Assembly (NCBI GenBank): GCA_963729625.1 | Contig: CAVSOU010000007.1 | Coordinates: 96,001 to 160,000, forward strand | Direction: 5' to 3' | Source: an uncultured bacterium | GTDB lineage: Bacteria; Chloroflexota; UBA5177; JANWHV01 | Length of the DNA: 64,000 bases | In this document: positions 9,354 to 19,011 of the stretch, piece after piece | Layout of the letters: each line of letters opens with the position of its first letter | How positions within the stretch are numbered: the first letter of the stretch is position 1 | Notes under the pieces: generated by a model | Databases searched by the model: none | The model's input: the letters and a program-made list of their open reading frames with translations, nothing else | Told to the model about the DNA's origin: nothing | Position numbers and translations under genes: made by a program

Positions 9354-10169
9354 ATGTCTCGAATACTTGGCTTGATTACCACCGTGGCAACTCTGGGCGC
9401 TCTCGCGATCAGCGTCGCGGCCTACCAGGGAGCCCTGGCTGCCACGCCGTCGGCCACCGCGCACGCTGCTGCTAGCGTTGCCATACAGGGCTTCGCCTTT
9501 GACCCGGTGACGTTGAAAGTGCCAGTGGGCACGACGGTAACCTGGACCAACAAGGATAGCGTCGCGCACACGGTCGTCAGCGACACCGGAGCTTGGCCAG
9601 ATTCAAGTCCGATCGACACCAACAAGACATTCTCGTTCACGTTTACCAAGCCAGGGACGTACAACTATCACTGCTCCATCCATCCATCTATGACGGCTGC
9701 GATCGTCGTGAGCGCGTCCGGCGTCGCGCCAACGGGCACCGGCCAGCAGCCGTCCGCCACGATGATGGCGATGGGCAAGGCAACCATGAGGTCGCTCAAT
9801 ACGTGGACAGGCTATTATGATGGAAAGGCCTCAACCTACGTCGTGACCGACACGTCGAGCAAGGCGGAAGCCGCTCAAGACCACATCAACTACTCGGCCA
9901 GCCTCGGCAAGACGCTCGCGGACAGCAGCCTGATCTATTTCGCCACGAACGGGACCTTCGCCGGCTATGGCGCTGTGTTCGGCACGGCCCCGGGGGAAAG
10001 CGACTACACGCCGATCTTTCAGAAGGTTTTGGTCACCTGGAAGGATCCCGCTAAAGCCGCAGCCCTGACCTCTGACAATCAGATCAACAGCCTAGCGTCC
10101 AAAGGACTGGTCTCACTGAACAGGACCGGCATCGTGCTCGACGCGCCGTACGTGTTCCCGGCGCACTGA
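9354..10169 (+). CDS. Secreted cupredoxin (amicyanin/plastocyanin-like) fused to a C-terminal domain of unknown function (DUF7482-like)
   Basis: GAGGAGG RBS; signal peptide; FAFDPVTLKVPVGTTVTWTNKDSVAHTV and YHCSIHPSM type-1 Cu ligands (H, C-x2-H-x2-M); C-terminal GYYDG...PGESDYTPIF..VTW. Confidence 0.85.
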   Translation: MSRILGLITTVATLGALAISVAAYQGALAATPSATAHAAASVAIQGFAFDPVTLKVPVGTTVTWTNKDSVAHTVVSDTGAWPDSSPIDTNKTFSFTFTKPGTYNYHCSIHPSMTAAIVVSASGVAPTGTGQQPSATMMAMGKATMRSLNTWTGYYDGKASTYVVTDTSSKAEAAQDHINYSASLGKTLADSSLIYFATNGTFAGYGAVFGTAPGESDYTPIFQKVLVTWKDPAKAAALTSDNQINSLASKGLVSLNRTGIVLDAPYVFPAH

Positions 10170-10323
10170 GCGAGCATCTGCGGTCGTCCTTGAGGGGCGC
10201 CGACGCCGGCGCCCTTCGCAGGCCGTCACATGCCGGCAGCACCACGGGACGGCCGGTTACTCCGGCCCACTGGGTGTACGGGATACGTCGACGAATTCTG
10301 GCACGACACTTTCGGAGGGGTCC

Positions 10324-10860
10324 ATGGGGTGGGAGGCGCCGGAACAGCAGCGCGTATCGCTGGATGGCGATGCCTTATACCGCGCGAACGTTCGGCCAGT
10401 CTATGGGTTCGTATACAGTAAGGTCGGAAACCGCGAGGCCGCGGAGGACCTCACGAGCGAGGTATTCGTGCGTGCTCTGGCCCACGTCGATCCGGACCGA
10501 GATGAACGCAGCGTCGTCGCCTGGCTGTTCCGGGTGGCACGAAACCTGGTCAATGACTATTGGCGAGCAGGGTACTCTGCACACGTCATCGATATCGACC
10601 AGATGCGCAATCTGCGAAGCCCGACCGTGTCTCCGGACATGGGCCGACAGGCTCAGGCTGCGCGGCGAGCTACCAGACTGCTGGAGATGCTGCCTGACAA
10701 CTATCGAGCAGTATTGCAATATCGACTGCTCGAGGGTCTCAGCGTCGCGGAGACCGCCGAGAAGATGGCAACGTCCCCTGCCAACGTCAAAGTGCTGCAA
10801 CACCGCGCGCTGAAGCGGGCTGCTGAGCTTCGAGAGAGCGATGATTCCAATGGAAGATGA
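10324..10860 (+). CDS. ECF RNA polymerase sigma factor
   Basis: GGAGG RBS; region 2 VYGFVYSKVGNREAAEDLTSEVF...AWLFRVARN; region 4 LPDNYRAVLQYRLLEGLSVAETAEKM...NVKVLQHRAL. Confidence 0.93.
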   Translation: MGWEAPEQQRVSLDGDALYRANVRPVYGFVYSKVGNREAAEDLTSEVFVRALAHVDPDRDERSVVAWLFRVARNLVNDYWRAGYSAHVIDIDQMRNLRSPTVSPDMGRQAQAARRATRLLEMLPDNYRAVLQYRLLEGLSVAETAEKMATSPANVKVLQHRALKRAAELRESDDSNGR

Positions 10861-11611
10861 AGTGGACCGGCTGTCAAGCGTCATCGACGATTTGGTGGCT
10901 GAGCACGATCCCTCCGCTCGCAAAGAACTCTCTGTGCAAGAGGCGGAGCTCGCCGCAACTGCGGCCATGCTGCGCGCGGCGGTCGAGAATCGGCTTGAGC
11001 CGACCGAGGAGTTTGTCGATTCGCTGGCGCGGCGGTTAGCGTCCGGCGAGGAGAACGCGCTCGCGCGGGGGGAATCTCGTGGGCGGACCGGCATCTCCCG
11101 GAGGTCGGCGCTCCGGCGCGTGGCAGCAGCCGTGGCCGGCCTTGCCGCGGGCGGCGTCGGCATTGGCGCCCTCTATGAGAAGGGGAAATCCGACGGTGGC
11201 CACGAGGAAGTAGCTAGCGCGCTCACGGCCCCGATGGTGCCGCAGGACCGCGGAACCTGGCAGACTGTCGGTTACACGATCTCGAGTGTTCCTGCCGGAT
11301 CCGCGGTGCGGTTCAGAGCGGGCGCTCTGGAAGGATTTGTGGTCAACCCAGGTCAAGGCGGGCCGCCCTATGCCCTATCGGCGGTGTGCACGCATATGGG
11401 TTGTATGCTCAGTTGGTTGAAAGATGCGGGCACGTTCCTCTGTCCATGCCATGGCGCGCAGTACGATGGCAATGGGGCGGTACTCTCCGGCATCGCTCGC
11501 CACCCCTTGCCGCGACTGCAGATCAACGTAGATGACGGTGGCGAAATATACGTCTGGACCGTGGGGGAGCTCCCCGCGAACACTACGATCGCCCCATATA
11601 GCCACGCGTAA
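10850..11611 (+). CDS. Membrane-anchored Rieske [2Fe-2S] protein with N-terminal cytoplasmic domain; putative anti-sigma factor
   Basis: Overlaps the ECF stop; ~80 aa acidic helical N-terminus, internal SRRSAL twin-arginine motif plus hydrophobic helix, Rieske boxes CTHMGC and CPCHG. Confidence 0.85.
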   Translation: MEDEVDRLSSVIDDLVAEHDPSARKELSVQEAELAATAAMLRAAVENRLEPTEEFVDSLARRLASGEENALARGESRGRTGISRRSALRRVAAAVAGLAAGGVGIGALYEKGKSDGGHEEVASALTAPMVPQDRGTWQTVGYTISSVPAGSAVRFRAGALEGFVVNPGQGGPPYALSAVCTHMGCMLSWLKDAGTFLCPCHGAQYDGNGAVLSGIARHPLPRLQINVDDGGEIYVWTVGELPANTTIAPYSHA

Positions 11612-11800
11612 TCGCCGCGATCTGCAGGATGGGACGGCCCGGTCCACCGGCCGGCCGGCCGGATCCGCCTCATCGTGCTATTGAGCGGGACCCGCTGGGC
11701 GACGACAATAGTGTCTCGGCGCCGATTGCCGGCGACCACCGCCGCGCTGGAGCAGTCGATGCGCGGTATTCTCCGCCTGGCCATGGCAAGGGGGATGTAG

Positions 11801-13360
11801 ATGCCCAGACGCATGGCTGCCATCACGTTCGTCCTGCTCGCACTCTCAGCCGTGCCATTCAACCAACACGCGATTCCAACGGCCGATGCGGGCGCTGCAA
11901 CGGTGCTCCCGGACGCTCCGAACTGCCCTGTCTTTCCGGAGAACAACGTCTGGAACGCAGACATCTCCCGACTGCCTGTCGCCGCGAACTCCGCGGCAAT
12001 GATCCAGTCCATCGGCCCCGCCACCGGATTGCACCCCGACTTCGGCTCCTACCTGGGCTACGGCATCCCATACAACGTTGTGAGCGAAAACCAGGTCAAG
12101 GTGCCGGTGACCTTCGACTACGCGAGCGAATCGGATCCCGGACCATACCCGATTCCCGCTGATCCAAAGGTCGAAGGGGGCGGCGACCGCCACATCCTGA
12201 TCGTCGACAAGGACCGTTGCGTGCTCTATGAACTGTACGACGCACGACAGAATGGCGGCGCGTGGTCGGCGGGGTCCGGGGCCATCTGGAAGCTGCGATC
12301 GAACGCCCTTAGGCCCGATAGCTGGACAAGCGCCGACGCGGCTGGATTGCCTATCCTGCCGGGACTCGTCCGCTACGACGAGATCGCCGCCGGGTCAATC
12401 AACCACGCGCTCCGCTTCACGGCTGCCCACACCGCCAAGATGCACATCTACCCGGCACGGCACGACGCCGGAGTAAACAGCCCAGGCTATCCGCCGATGG
12501 GCCTGCGCGTGCGGCTCAAAGCATCGGTGGACATCGGCCACTTCAGTCCACGCGTGCAGGTGTTGCTCAGCGCGCTGAAGAAGTACGGCATGATCCTGGC
12601 CGACAACGGATCGAACTGGTACATCTCCGGCACATCCGACCCCCGCTTTAACGACGACGAGTTCCACACCCTCAACCAGATCACCGGCGCCGACTTCGAG
12701 GTTGTGGACACCAGCGGCCTGATCAACGGACCTGACAAGGGCGGGGCCCCGCAGCCCAGCGCGGGCGCAACCGCCGCCGAGCCCACGCCGACAACGACCC
12801 ACCAGCCCTCGGTCGAGCGTGCAACGGCAGCAGTGCAGCACGTCGTCGTTCTGACACCGGTCGCCGATGCCTCGGTGCGAGACGGCGCGTATGCCACCAC
12901 GCACTACGGCGCGGCAGGATCCTTGCTCGCCGTGTGGTCGCCCGCGGCAGGATATCAGCGCCACATCTACGCGCGCTTCAGCCTCCAGAGCGTCGCTGGC
13001 GCCGTCAACACGGCAACTCTGCGCCTGTACGGACAACACCTGGCAATCGGCCCCGGTGCCGACAAGGTGAGCCTGTTCCCGGCAGCCCCCACCGCGTGGA
13101 CGGATGCGGGACCGAGCGGCATCACCTGGGCCACGCGGCCGGGAGCGGGAACGACCCCGCTGTCCACCGCCCAGATTGGCGAAAGGCTCCAGTACTACAC
13201 GTGGAACACGGGCGCGTACGTGACCGCGCAAGGTGCACGCGCGTCACAGGTCAGCTTCATGCTCGCCGTGCAGCCACCGCGCAGCTCGAATGGCATAGAC
13301 GTCTTCAACTCCCGAGAGGACGGCACGAATCCGCCGCAGTTGGTCTTGGTCCTGCAGTAG
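11801..13360 (+). CDS. Secreted conserved hypothetical protein with C-terminal CBM96/DNRLRE-like domain
   Basis: Signal peptide; CPVFPENNVWN, ESDPGPYPIP, GDRHIL, WTSADAAGLPILPGLVRYDE, LKKYGMILADNGS; Pro/Thr linker; PVADASVRDG...ATLRLY...ITWATRP...FNSRE...PQLVL tail. Confidence 0.75.
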   Translation: MPRRMAAITFVLLALSAVPFNQHAIPTADAGAATVLPDAPNCPVFPENNVWNADISRLPVAANSAAMIQSIGPATGLHPDFGSYLGYGIPYNVVSENQVKVPVTFDYASESDPGPYPIPADPKVEGGGDRHILIVDKDRCVLYELYDARQNGGAWSAGSGAIWKLRSNALRPDSWTSADAAGLPILPGLVRYDEIAAGSINHALRFTAAHTAKMHIYPARHDAGVNSPGYPPMGLRVRLKASVDIGHFSPRVQVLLSALKKYGMILADNGSNWYISGTSDPRFNDDEFHTLNQITGADFEVVDTSGLINGPDKGGAPQPSAGATAAEPTPTTTHQPSVERATAAVQHVVVLTPVADASVRDGAYATTHYGAAGSLLAVWSPAAGYQRHIYARFSLQSVAGAVNTATLRLYGQHLAIGPGADKVSLFPAAPTAWTDAGPSGITWATRPGAGTTPLSTAQIGERLQYYTWNTGAYVTAQGARASQVSFMLAVQPPRSSNGIDVFNSREDGTNPPQLVLVLQ

Positions 13361-13705
13361 CATCGCCGGCGGCGCTCGCGCACATGAGGGCGGGGCACTT
13401 GGCCGGCCACGGCGCCACTTGGTTTGACGGCGTTGGCGAAAGCCTTGGGTAGACCTGGTCCGCGGACCGCCACCGCGCATGAAACCGCCGTACACCCGGC
13501 CGCAGCCGGCGGGACCACACCGCTGTGGCGATCTCCTTCCACCCGGATGCATCCGGAGGCCGGTTTCACCGCGGCTAACTTGACGGACGTGTTCTCCTGT
13601 GCCGGGCCGGAAACGCAGTGACTCGACACCGCCCCGGAAAAGTGGGTGTGGGCTATCATGTGGGTGGACGTCCGTCTTGAAATCAGCCAGCGGACACGGG
13701 AGTAC

Positions 13706-15751
13706 GTGAAAGTGATTGAGACCACGGAAGACATACAGGCTCGTGAGGCCGACAGTCTGGACAATTTGTGCGTCAACGCGATTCGTACGCTGTCTATTGA
13801 TGGCGTGACCAATGCTAACTCCGGCCACCCCGGCATGCCGCTCGGCGCCGCCCCGATGGCCTACGTGCTGTGGACACGCTTTCGAAAACACTCGCCGGCC
13901 AAGCCAAACTGGATAGATCGGGACCGCTTCGTACTGTCAGCGGGTCATGCCTCAATGCTTCTCTACAGCCTCCTCCACCTCACCGGCTACGACCTTTCAC
14001 TGGACGACATCAAGGCCTTTCGCCAGTGGAACAGCAAGACGCCCGGACATCCGGAGCATCATCTCACGCCCGGCGTCGACACGACGACCGGCCCTCTGGG
14101 TCAGGGCTTTGGCAACGCGGTCGGCATGGCCATGGCGGAGGCGTATCTCGCGGCACACTTCAACCGGCCTGGGCACGAGATCGTCGACCACTACACCTAT
14201 GTGATGTGCTCGGACGGCGACTTGATGGAGGGCATCTCTTCCGAGGCGGCATCCATGGCCGGGCACATGCGCCTCCACAAGCTCATCGTGCTATACGACG
14301 ACAACACTGTGTCGCTGGACGGACCGACGTCGTTGACCTTCGATAACGAGGACGTCACGCTGCGTTTTGAGGCGCATGGCTGGAACGTGCTCTACGTCGA
14401 AGACGGAAACGATCTCGAGGCGATCGACGGCGCCATTCGCTCCGCGCACGATGAGCATGAAAAGCCGACACTGATTCGAGTGAGAACCCACATCGGGTTC
14501 GGCAGTCCGAAACAGGACTCGAGCAAAGCCCACGGCAGCCCGCTAACTCCGGATGAGGTGCTGGCGACCAAGCGGAACCTTGGCTGGCCGAGCGAAGAGC
14601 CTTTCTGGCTGCCGCCGGAAGCCATCGCGCACTTCCGCGAAGAGATCGAGAAAGGCGCCAGGGCCGAGCACGACTGGCAGGAGAGGCTTGCTGCCTACGC
14701 CCGGGCATTCCCGGACCTCGCCGAGCAGTGGGACGTGGCCACGACCGGCAGGTTGCCTGCAGGCTGGGATTCCGACGTGCCAGTCTTTGGTCTGGAGGAC
14801 GCTCAGGCCACGCGCCAGGCCAGCGGCAAGGTGCTGAACGCGATCGCTCCCAAGCTGCCTACGCTGATCGGTGGGTCTGCCGACCTGTCCTCGTCCACGG
14901 AAACGGACCTCAAGGGCTACGGCGTGTTTGGCCCGGGTAAGTATGCCGGACGCAACATCTACTTTGGCGTGCGCGAGCACGCCATGGCCGCCGCGGTGAA
15001 CGGAATGTCGCTGCATTGCGGCGTCCGGCCGTTTGGTGGCACGTTCCTGATGTTCTACTCGTACATGGCAAATCCGGTGCGCATGGCAGCACTGATGGCC
15101 ACTCCATCGATCTTCGTGTACACGCATGACTCCATAGGCCTCGGCGAGGACGGCCCAACCCATCAGCAGGTCGAAGTGCTGGCCGCACTGCGCGCGATCC
15201 CCAATCTGGTCACGCTCAGGCCGGCTGACGCCAATGAAACGGCCGAAGCCTGGCGGATAGCCATCGCTCGACAGGATGGGCCGACGGCGCTGTGCTTCTC
15301 GCGCCAGAAGCTGCCCATTCTGGATCACTCCGAAGGGGATCCGCTGGGCGCGACAAACAAGGGAGGCTACATCCTGGCACGTGAAACGGGCAAGGCCTCA
15401 CCGGACATCATCCTGATCGGCGCCGGATCTGAGGTGCACTTGCTGGTCGGCGCGCGCAAGGCACTGCAGCTGGAAGGCCTCGCCGTACGTGTTGTCAGTA
15501 TGCCTTCGCATGAGCTATTCCTGGCTCAGCCCAAAGCGTATCAGGATGCGGTGCTGCCACCGACAGTTCGGGTGCGACTGGCCTGCGAGTCGGCGGCAAG
15601 CCAGCCGTGGTATCGCTTTGTCGGTCTGGACGGAGAGGTACTCGGACTCGATCGCTTCGGCGCCTCCGCGCCGGCCAATGTCGTCTTTAAGCAGCTTGGT
15701 TTCACCGCCGAGAACGCGGCGGAGCGAGCTCGAGCCCTGCTAGGCAGATAG
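13706..15751 (+). CDS. tkt: Transketolase
   Basis: [59 protein letters not shown]; GTG start after GGGAG. Confidence 0.97.
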   Translation: MKVIETTEDIQAREADSLDNLCVNAIRTLSIDGVTNANSGHPGMPLGAAPMAYVLWTRFRKHSPAKPNWIDRDRFVLSAGHASMLLYSLLHLTGYDLSLDDIKAFRQWNSKTPGHPEHHLTPGVDTTTGPLGQGFGNAVGMAMAEAYLAAHFNRPGHEIVDHYTYVMCSDGDLMEGISSEAASMAGHMRLHKLIVLYDDNTVSLDGPTSLTFDNEDVTLRFEAHGWNVLYVEDGNDLEAIDGAIRSAHDEHEKPTLIRVRTHIGFGSPKQDSSKAHGSPLTPDEVLATKRNLGWPSEEPFWLPPEAIAHFREEIEKGARAEHDWQERLAAYARAFPDLAEQWDVATTGRLPAGWDSDVPVFGLEDAQATRQASGKVLNAIAPKLPTLIGGSADLSSSTETDLKGYGVFGPGKYAGRNIYFGVREHAMAAAVNGMSLHCGVRPFGGTFLMFYSYMANPVRMAALMATPSIFVYTHDSIGLGEDGPTHQQVEVLAALRAIPNLVTLRPADANETAEAWRIAIARQDGPTALCFSRQKLPILDHSEGDPLGATNKGGYILARETGKASPDIILIGAGSEVHLLVGARKALQLEGLAVRVVSMPSHELFLAQPKAYQDAVLPPTVRVRLACESAASQPWYRFVGLDGEVLGLDRFGASAPANVVFKQLGFTAENAAERARALLGR

Positions 15752-15757
15752 TGAGGT

Positions 15758-16900
15758 GTGGTAATGGCTGCGAACGCATTGGGAATACTGCAGGAGCACG
15801 GGCAGAGCCCGTGGATCGACAACATCACTCGTGGCATGCTAACCGGAGGCGAGCTTCAGCGGCTCATTGACCTCGGCGTGGTTGGACTCACCTCGAATCC
15901 GACTATCTTCCAGAAAGCGATCGGCGGAGGTGCGGATTACGACCAGGCCCTGGCGGATCTCGTCAAGCAGGGGAAGGACCTCGACGGTGTCTTTGAAGGC
16001 CTCGTCTTGTCCGATATTGCGGAGGCCGCGCGGATACTTCGCCCTGTCTACGACAAGACCGGTGGCCGCGATGGGTACGTGAGCATCGAAGTGTCACCGG
16101 AGCTGGCATTCGAAACCGAGAAGACGATCGCGGACGCACGGCGATACTTCGGTTTTCTCGCACAACCCAATATCATGGTGAAGGTTCCCGGCACCGTGGA
16201 AGGCGTCGCGGCGTTCAGGACGCTCATCGGCCTCGGGATCAACATCAACGTGACGCTGCTCTTCTCGCTTGAAAGCTACCGTGCGGTCGCGGAGGCGTAC
16301 GTCGACGGCCTAGAGGCGCTCGAACGCAGCGGCAAGCAACTGTCCGGGGTGTCGTCGGTGGCCTCGTTCTTCGTCAGCCGTGTCGACACCGCCGTGGATG
16401 CAATCCTGGTGCAAAAGGCCAAGAGTGATCCTGGTCAGGCGGATCGCTGTAACGCGCTGCTGGGCAAGGCGGCTATCGCGAACGCCAAGCTAGCCTACTC
16501 GGACATCTACAAGCAGGTCTTCAATGGAGACCGCTGGAAGGCGCTTTCCGCAAAAGGAGCAAAGAGACAACGACCGTTGTGGGCAAGCACGAGCACCAAG
16601 AATCCTGCTTACCGGGACGTCGTGTACGTTGAGGAGTTGATCGGCCCTGACACCGTTAACACCATGCCGCCTGCAACTGTCCACGATTTCCTCGACCACG
16701 GACGTGTGCGGAACTCCCTGGAGGACGATATCGACGGCGCGCGCAAGGTAATGCGGGGGCTGAGCGACGTCGGCGTCGACCTGACCCTGGTCACAGAGAA
16801 GCTTCAGCAGGACGGGGTCGCATCGTTCGCCAAGTCGTATCGCGACCTGCTGAGTACCATCGAGGCTCGCCGGAAGGAAATGGCCGCGAAGGTAGGCTGA
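15758..16900 (+). CDS. tal: Transaldolase (type 2)
   Basis: GQSPWID, GLTSNPTIF, GYVSIEVSP, NIMVKVPGT, SVASFFVSRVD, RPLWASTSTKNP. Confidence 0.96.
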   Translation: MVMAANALGILQEHGQSPWIDNITRGMLTGGELQRLIDLGVVGLTSNPTIFQKAIGGGADYDQALADLVKQGKDLDGVFEGLVLSDIAEAARILRPVYDKTGGRDGYVSIEVSPELAFETEKTIADARRYFGFLAQPNIMVKVPGTVEGVAAFRTLIGLGININVTLLFSLESYRAVAEAYVDGLEALERSGKQLSGVSSVASFFVSRVDTAVDAILVQKAKSDPGQADRCNALLGKAAIANAKLAYSDIYKQVFNGDRWKALSAKGAKRQRPLWASTSTKNPAYRDVVYVEELIGPDTVNTMPPATVHDFLDHGRVRNSLEDDIDGARKVMRGLSDVGVDLTLVTEKLQQDGVASFAKSYRDLLSTIEARRKEMAAKVG

Positions 16901-16993
16901 TGCGACGGTGGCGGCCGTCCACCCGTATCGACTGCTGGCTCGAGGCAAGCGCGCTACCATTATCGATGCGCGAAGGTCCTGCGAAGGGCTGCT

Positions 16994-17428
16994 TTGGTAA
17001 AGGAGAAGGAAGCAACGGAACCGAGAAGCGTTGATCCGGCGGGCCGCCATGCGTCTGTGCCCTATACAGGGGTCGATGCGGCGGAAATTCATCGAATCGC
17101 GCGCGCGGTCGAGCGTTGGGGCCAAAGATTCCTCGATCGCGTGTATACGCCCGCGGAGCAAAGTTATTGCGGATCCCGCATGCAGCGCCTCGCCGGGCGC
17201 TTCGCGGCGAAGGAGGCAATCAGCAAGGTGCTCGGTACGGGCGTGCGATACATTCGCTGGCGGGAGATGGAGATCCTGCCCGATCCCAGAGGCAAGCCTG
17301 TGGTTAGCCTTTACGGCAGGGCTCAGACGGTGGCCGCCGCTCTGCGCCTCGGCGAGATCAGCGTCAGTATCACGCATACCGGCGACCTCGCTCTTGCCTT
17401 CGCCATGGCTCTGGGAAGCGACGGATAG
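16994..17428 (+). CDS. acpS: Holo-[acyl-carrier-protein] synthase
   Basis: GVD, RFLDRVYTPAE, LAGRFAAKEAISK, GKP, VSITH; start may be GTG 17057. Confidence 0.93.
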   Translation: MVKEKEATEPRSVDPAGRHASVPYTGVDAAEIHRIARAVERWGQRFLDRVYTPAEQSYCGSRMQRLAGRFAAKEAISKVLGTGVRYIRWREMEILPDPRGKPVVSLYGRAQTVAAALRLGEISVSITHTGDLALAFAMALGSDG

Positions 17429-17432
17429 ACCG

Positions 17433-18968
17433 ATGAAGGCACTGGTCACGTCGGATGAAATGCGCGCGGCGGAGGCTGCCGCCGTTCTACGAGGCCTGAC
17501 ACTTCCCGCGCTCATGCAGCTGGCCGCGCACGGGGCCGCGGAAAGACTGCTGGCCGCGCAGCAGCCTGGTCGTGACCGCTACCTGATCCTTGCCGGTCCT
17601 GGCAATAACGGCGGCGACGCTCTGGTCGTCGCTGGCCTCATCCGTGACAGGGGGGCTCATGTTCGATTGTTTACCTACCGTCGCAACGCGCCTTCCCCTG
17701 TCGATCCCCCTGGCTTGACCAGCACCGTCCTCGGCGCGCCCGGCGCAGCGTTCGTCGAGGCATTGGCGTGGTGCGACGTCGTCGTCGACGGCTTGCTCGG
17801 GATCGGGCGCGCCCGGCCGATCGAAGCGGACCTGGCAGGCGTGCTGGCGGCGGTCAACGAGGCGCCGCACCGACCCCGCGTCGTCGCGCTCGACGTGCCG
17901 ACCGGCGTAGACGCAGATTCCGGACGCGTGGACGAGGCGGCCCTACGCGCCGGCGAGACGATCACCTTCGGCTACATCAAGCGCGGCTTGCTGCTCTATC
18001 CGGCCCGCGCGCTCTGCGGCACGATTTCCCTGGTGGATGTCGGGCTGCCTTTGGCCCCGGCTGTTCCCGTGGCTGCTCGGCAGCCCGAGCCGAGCGATAT
18101 CGCCGCGATCTTGCCGCGCCGAGAACCAACCACGCACAAGTATCGCGCTGGAGCGGTGCTTGCCCTGGCCGGCTCACCCCAGTACGTGGGTGCGCCGATC
18201 CTGGCAACGACAGCCGCACTGCGCGCCGGGGCGGGGTACGTGACCTTGGCAGCACGTCAGAGCGTCATCGACAGACTGGCGGCGCGATTGCTTGAAACGA
18301 CCATGGTCCTCTTGCCTGCCGATCACGACGGTGCGATGGCTGCTCTCAGCGACGCGGCTACGCGCTACGACGCACTGCTGATTGGTCCAGGGTTGGGACG
18401 GAGTGAGGAAGCCGGACGTCTCGTCCTGGGCGTGCTTGCTCGCCCGCCTCATGGCCCGCGCGCGGCGGTGGTCGATGCCGACGCACTCTATGCATTGAGC
18501 GCCTCGCCCGACTGGTGGTCGTCGGTGGCGCTACCTGTCGTGCTCACTCCACATGCTGGAGAAATGGCGCGCTTAACCGGACTTGCCGGTGCGGACGTCG
18601 AGCATCGCAGACTGGACATCGCCGCCGCGTACGCAGCGAAATGGGGCCAGGTCGTGCTTCTGAAAGGCGCGCCGACGATCGTTGCGTCGCCGGACGGCCG
18701 CTTGGCGATCAATCCGACCGGTAATCCCCTCCTTGCCACGGCTGGAAGCGGAGATGTCTTGACCGGAGCAATTGCCGCGCTCTTGGCGGGAGGCGTGGCG
18801 CCATTCGAGGCCGCGACGGCCGGCGCCTATCTGCATGGGCTCGCCGCGGACCTCGCTCTGCCGGTTTTTGGCGACCGCGGAATGCTGGCCGGCGATTTGT
18901 TCGAGTATCTTCCCAAAGCAATCCAGTGTGTGCTTCGAGAGGGCCGAACTTGGGCCGAGCTCTCTTGA
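17433..18968 (+). CDS. nnr: Bifunctional NAD(P)H-hydrate epimerase/dehydratase
   Basis: GPGNNGGD and DVPTG (YjeF-N); IGPGLG, VLTPHAGEM, LATAGSGDVL (YjeF-C); ATG 4 bp after acpS stop. Confidence 0.93.
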   Translation: MKALVTSDEMRAAEAAAVLRGLTLPALMQLAAHGAAERLLAAQQPGRDRYLILAGPGNNGGDALVVAGLIRDRGAHVRLFTYRRNAPSPVDPPGLTSTVLGAPGAAFVEALAWCDVVVDGLLGIGRARPIEADLAGVLAAVNEAPHRPRVVALDVPTGVDADSGRVDEAALRAGETITFGYIKRGLLLYPARALCGTISLVDVGLPLAPAVPVAARQPEPSDIAAILPRREPTTHKYRAGAVLALAGSPQYVGAPILATTAALRAGAGYVTLAARQSVIDRLAARLLETTMVLLPADHDGAMAALSDAATRYDALLIGPGLGRSEEAGRLVLGVLARPPHGPRAAVVDADALYALSASPDWWSSVALPVVLTPHAGEMARLTGLAGADVEHRRLDIAAAYAAKWGQVVLLKGAPTIVASPDGRLAINPTGNPLLATAGSGDVLTGAIAALLAGGVAPFEAATAGAYLHGLAADLALPVFGDRGMLAGDLFEYLPKAIQCVLREGRTWAELS

Positions 18969-19011
18969 ATACACCCGGGCGTCGGAAATCGGCAAGTGCA
19001 AAGGACGTTGT

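Noticed and set aside
10850-11611. Rieske gene as a cytochrome bc subunit or dioxygenase ferredoxin
   Set aside because: No cytochrome b/c or oxygenase gene is adjacent; it overlaps an ECF sigma and has an extra N-terminal domain.
13543-13556. Perfect 14-bp palindrome CCGGATGCATCCGG upstream of tkt
   Set aside because: Single GC-rich copy matching no operator I recognise; could be chance.
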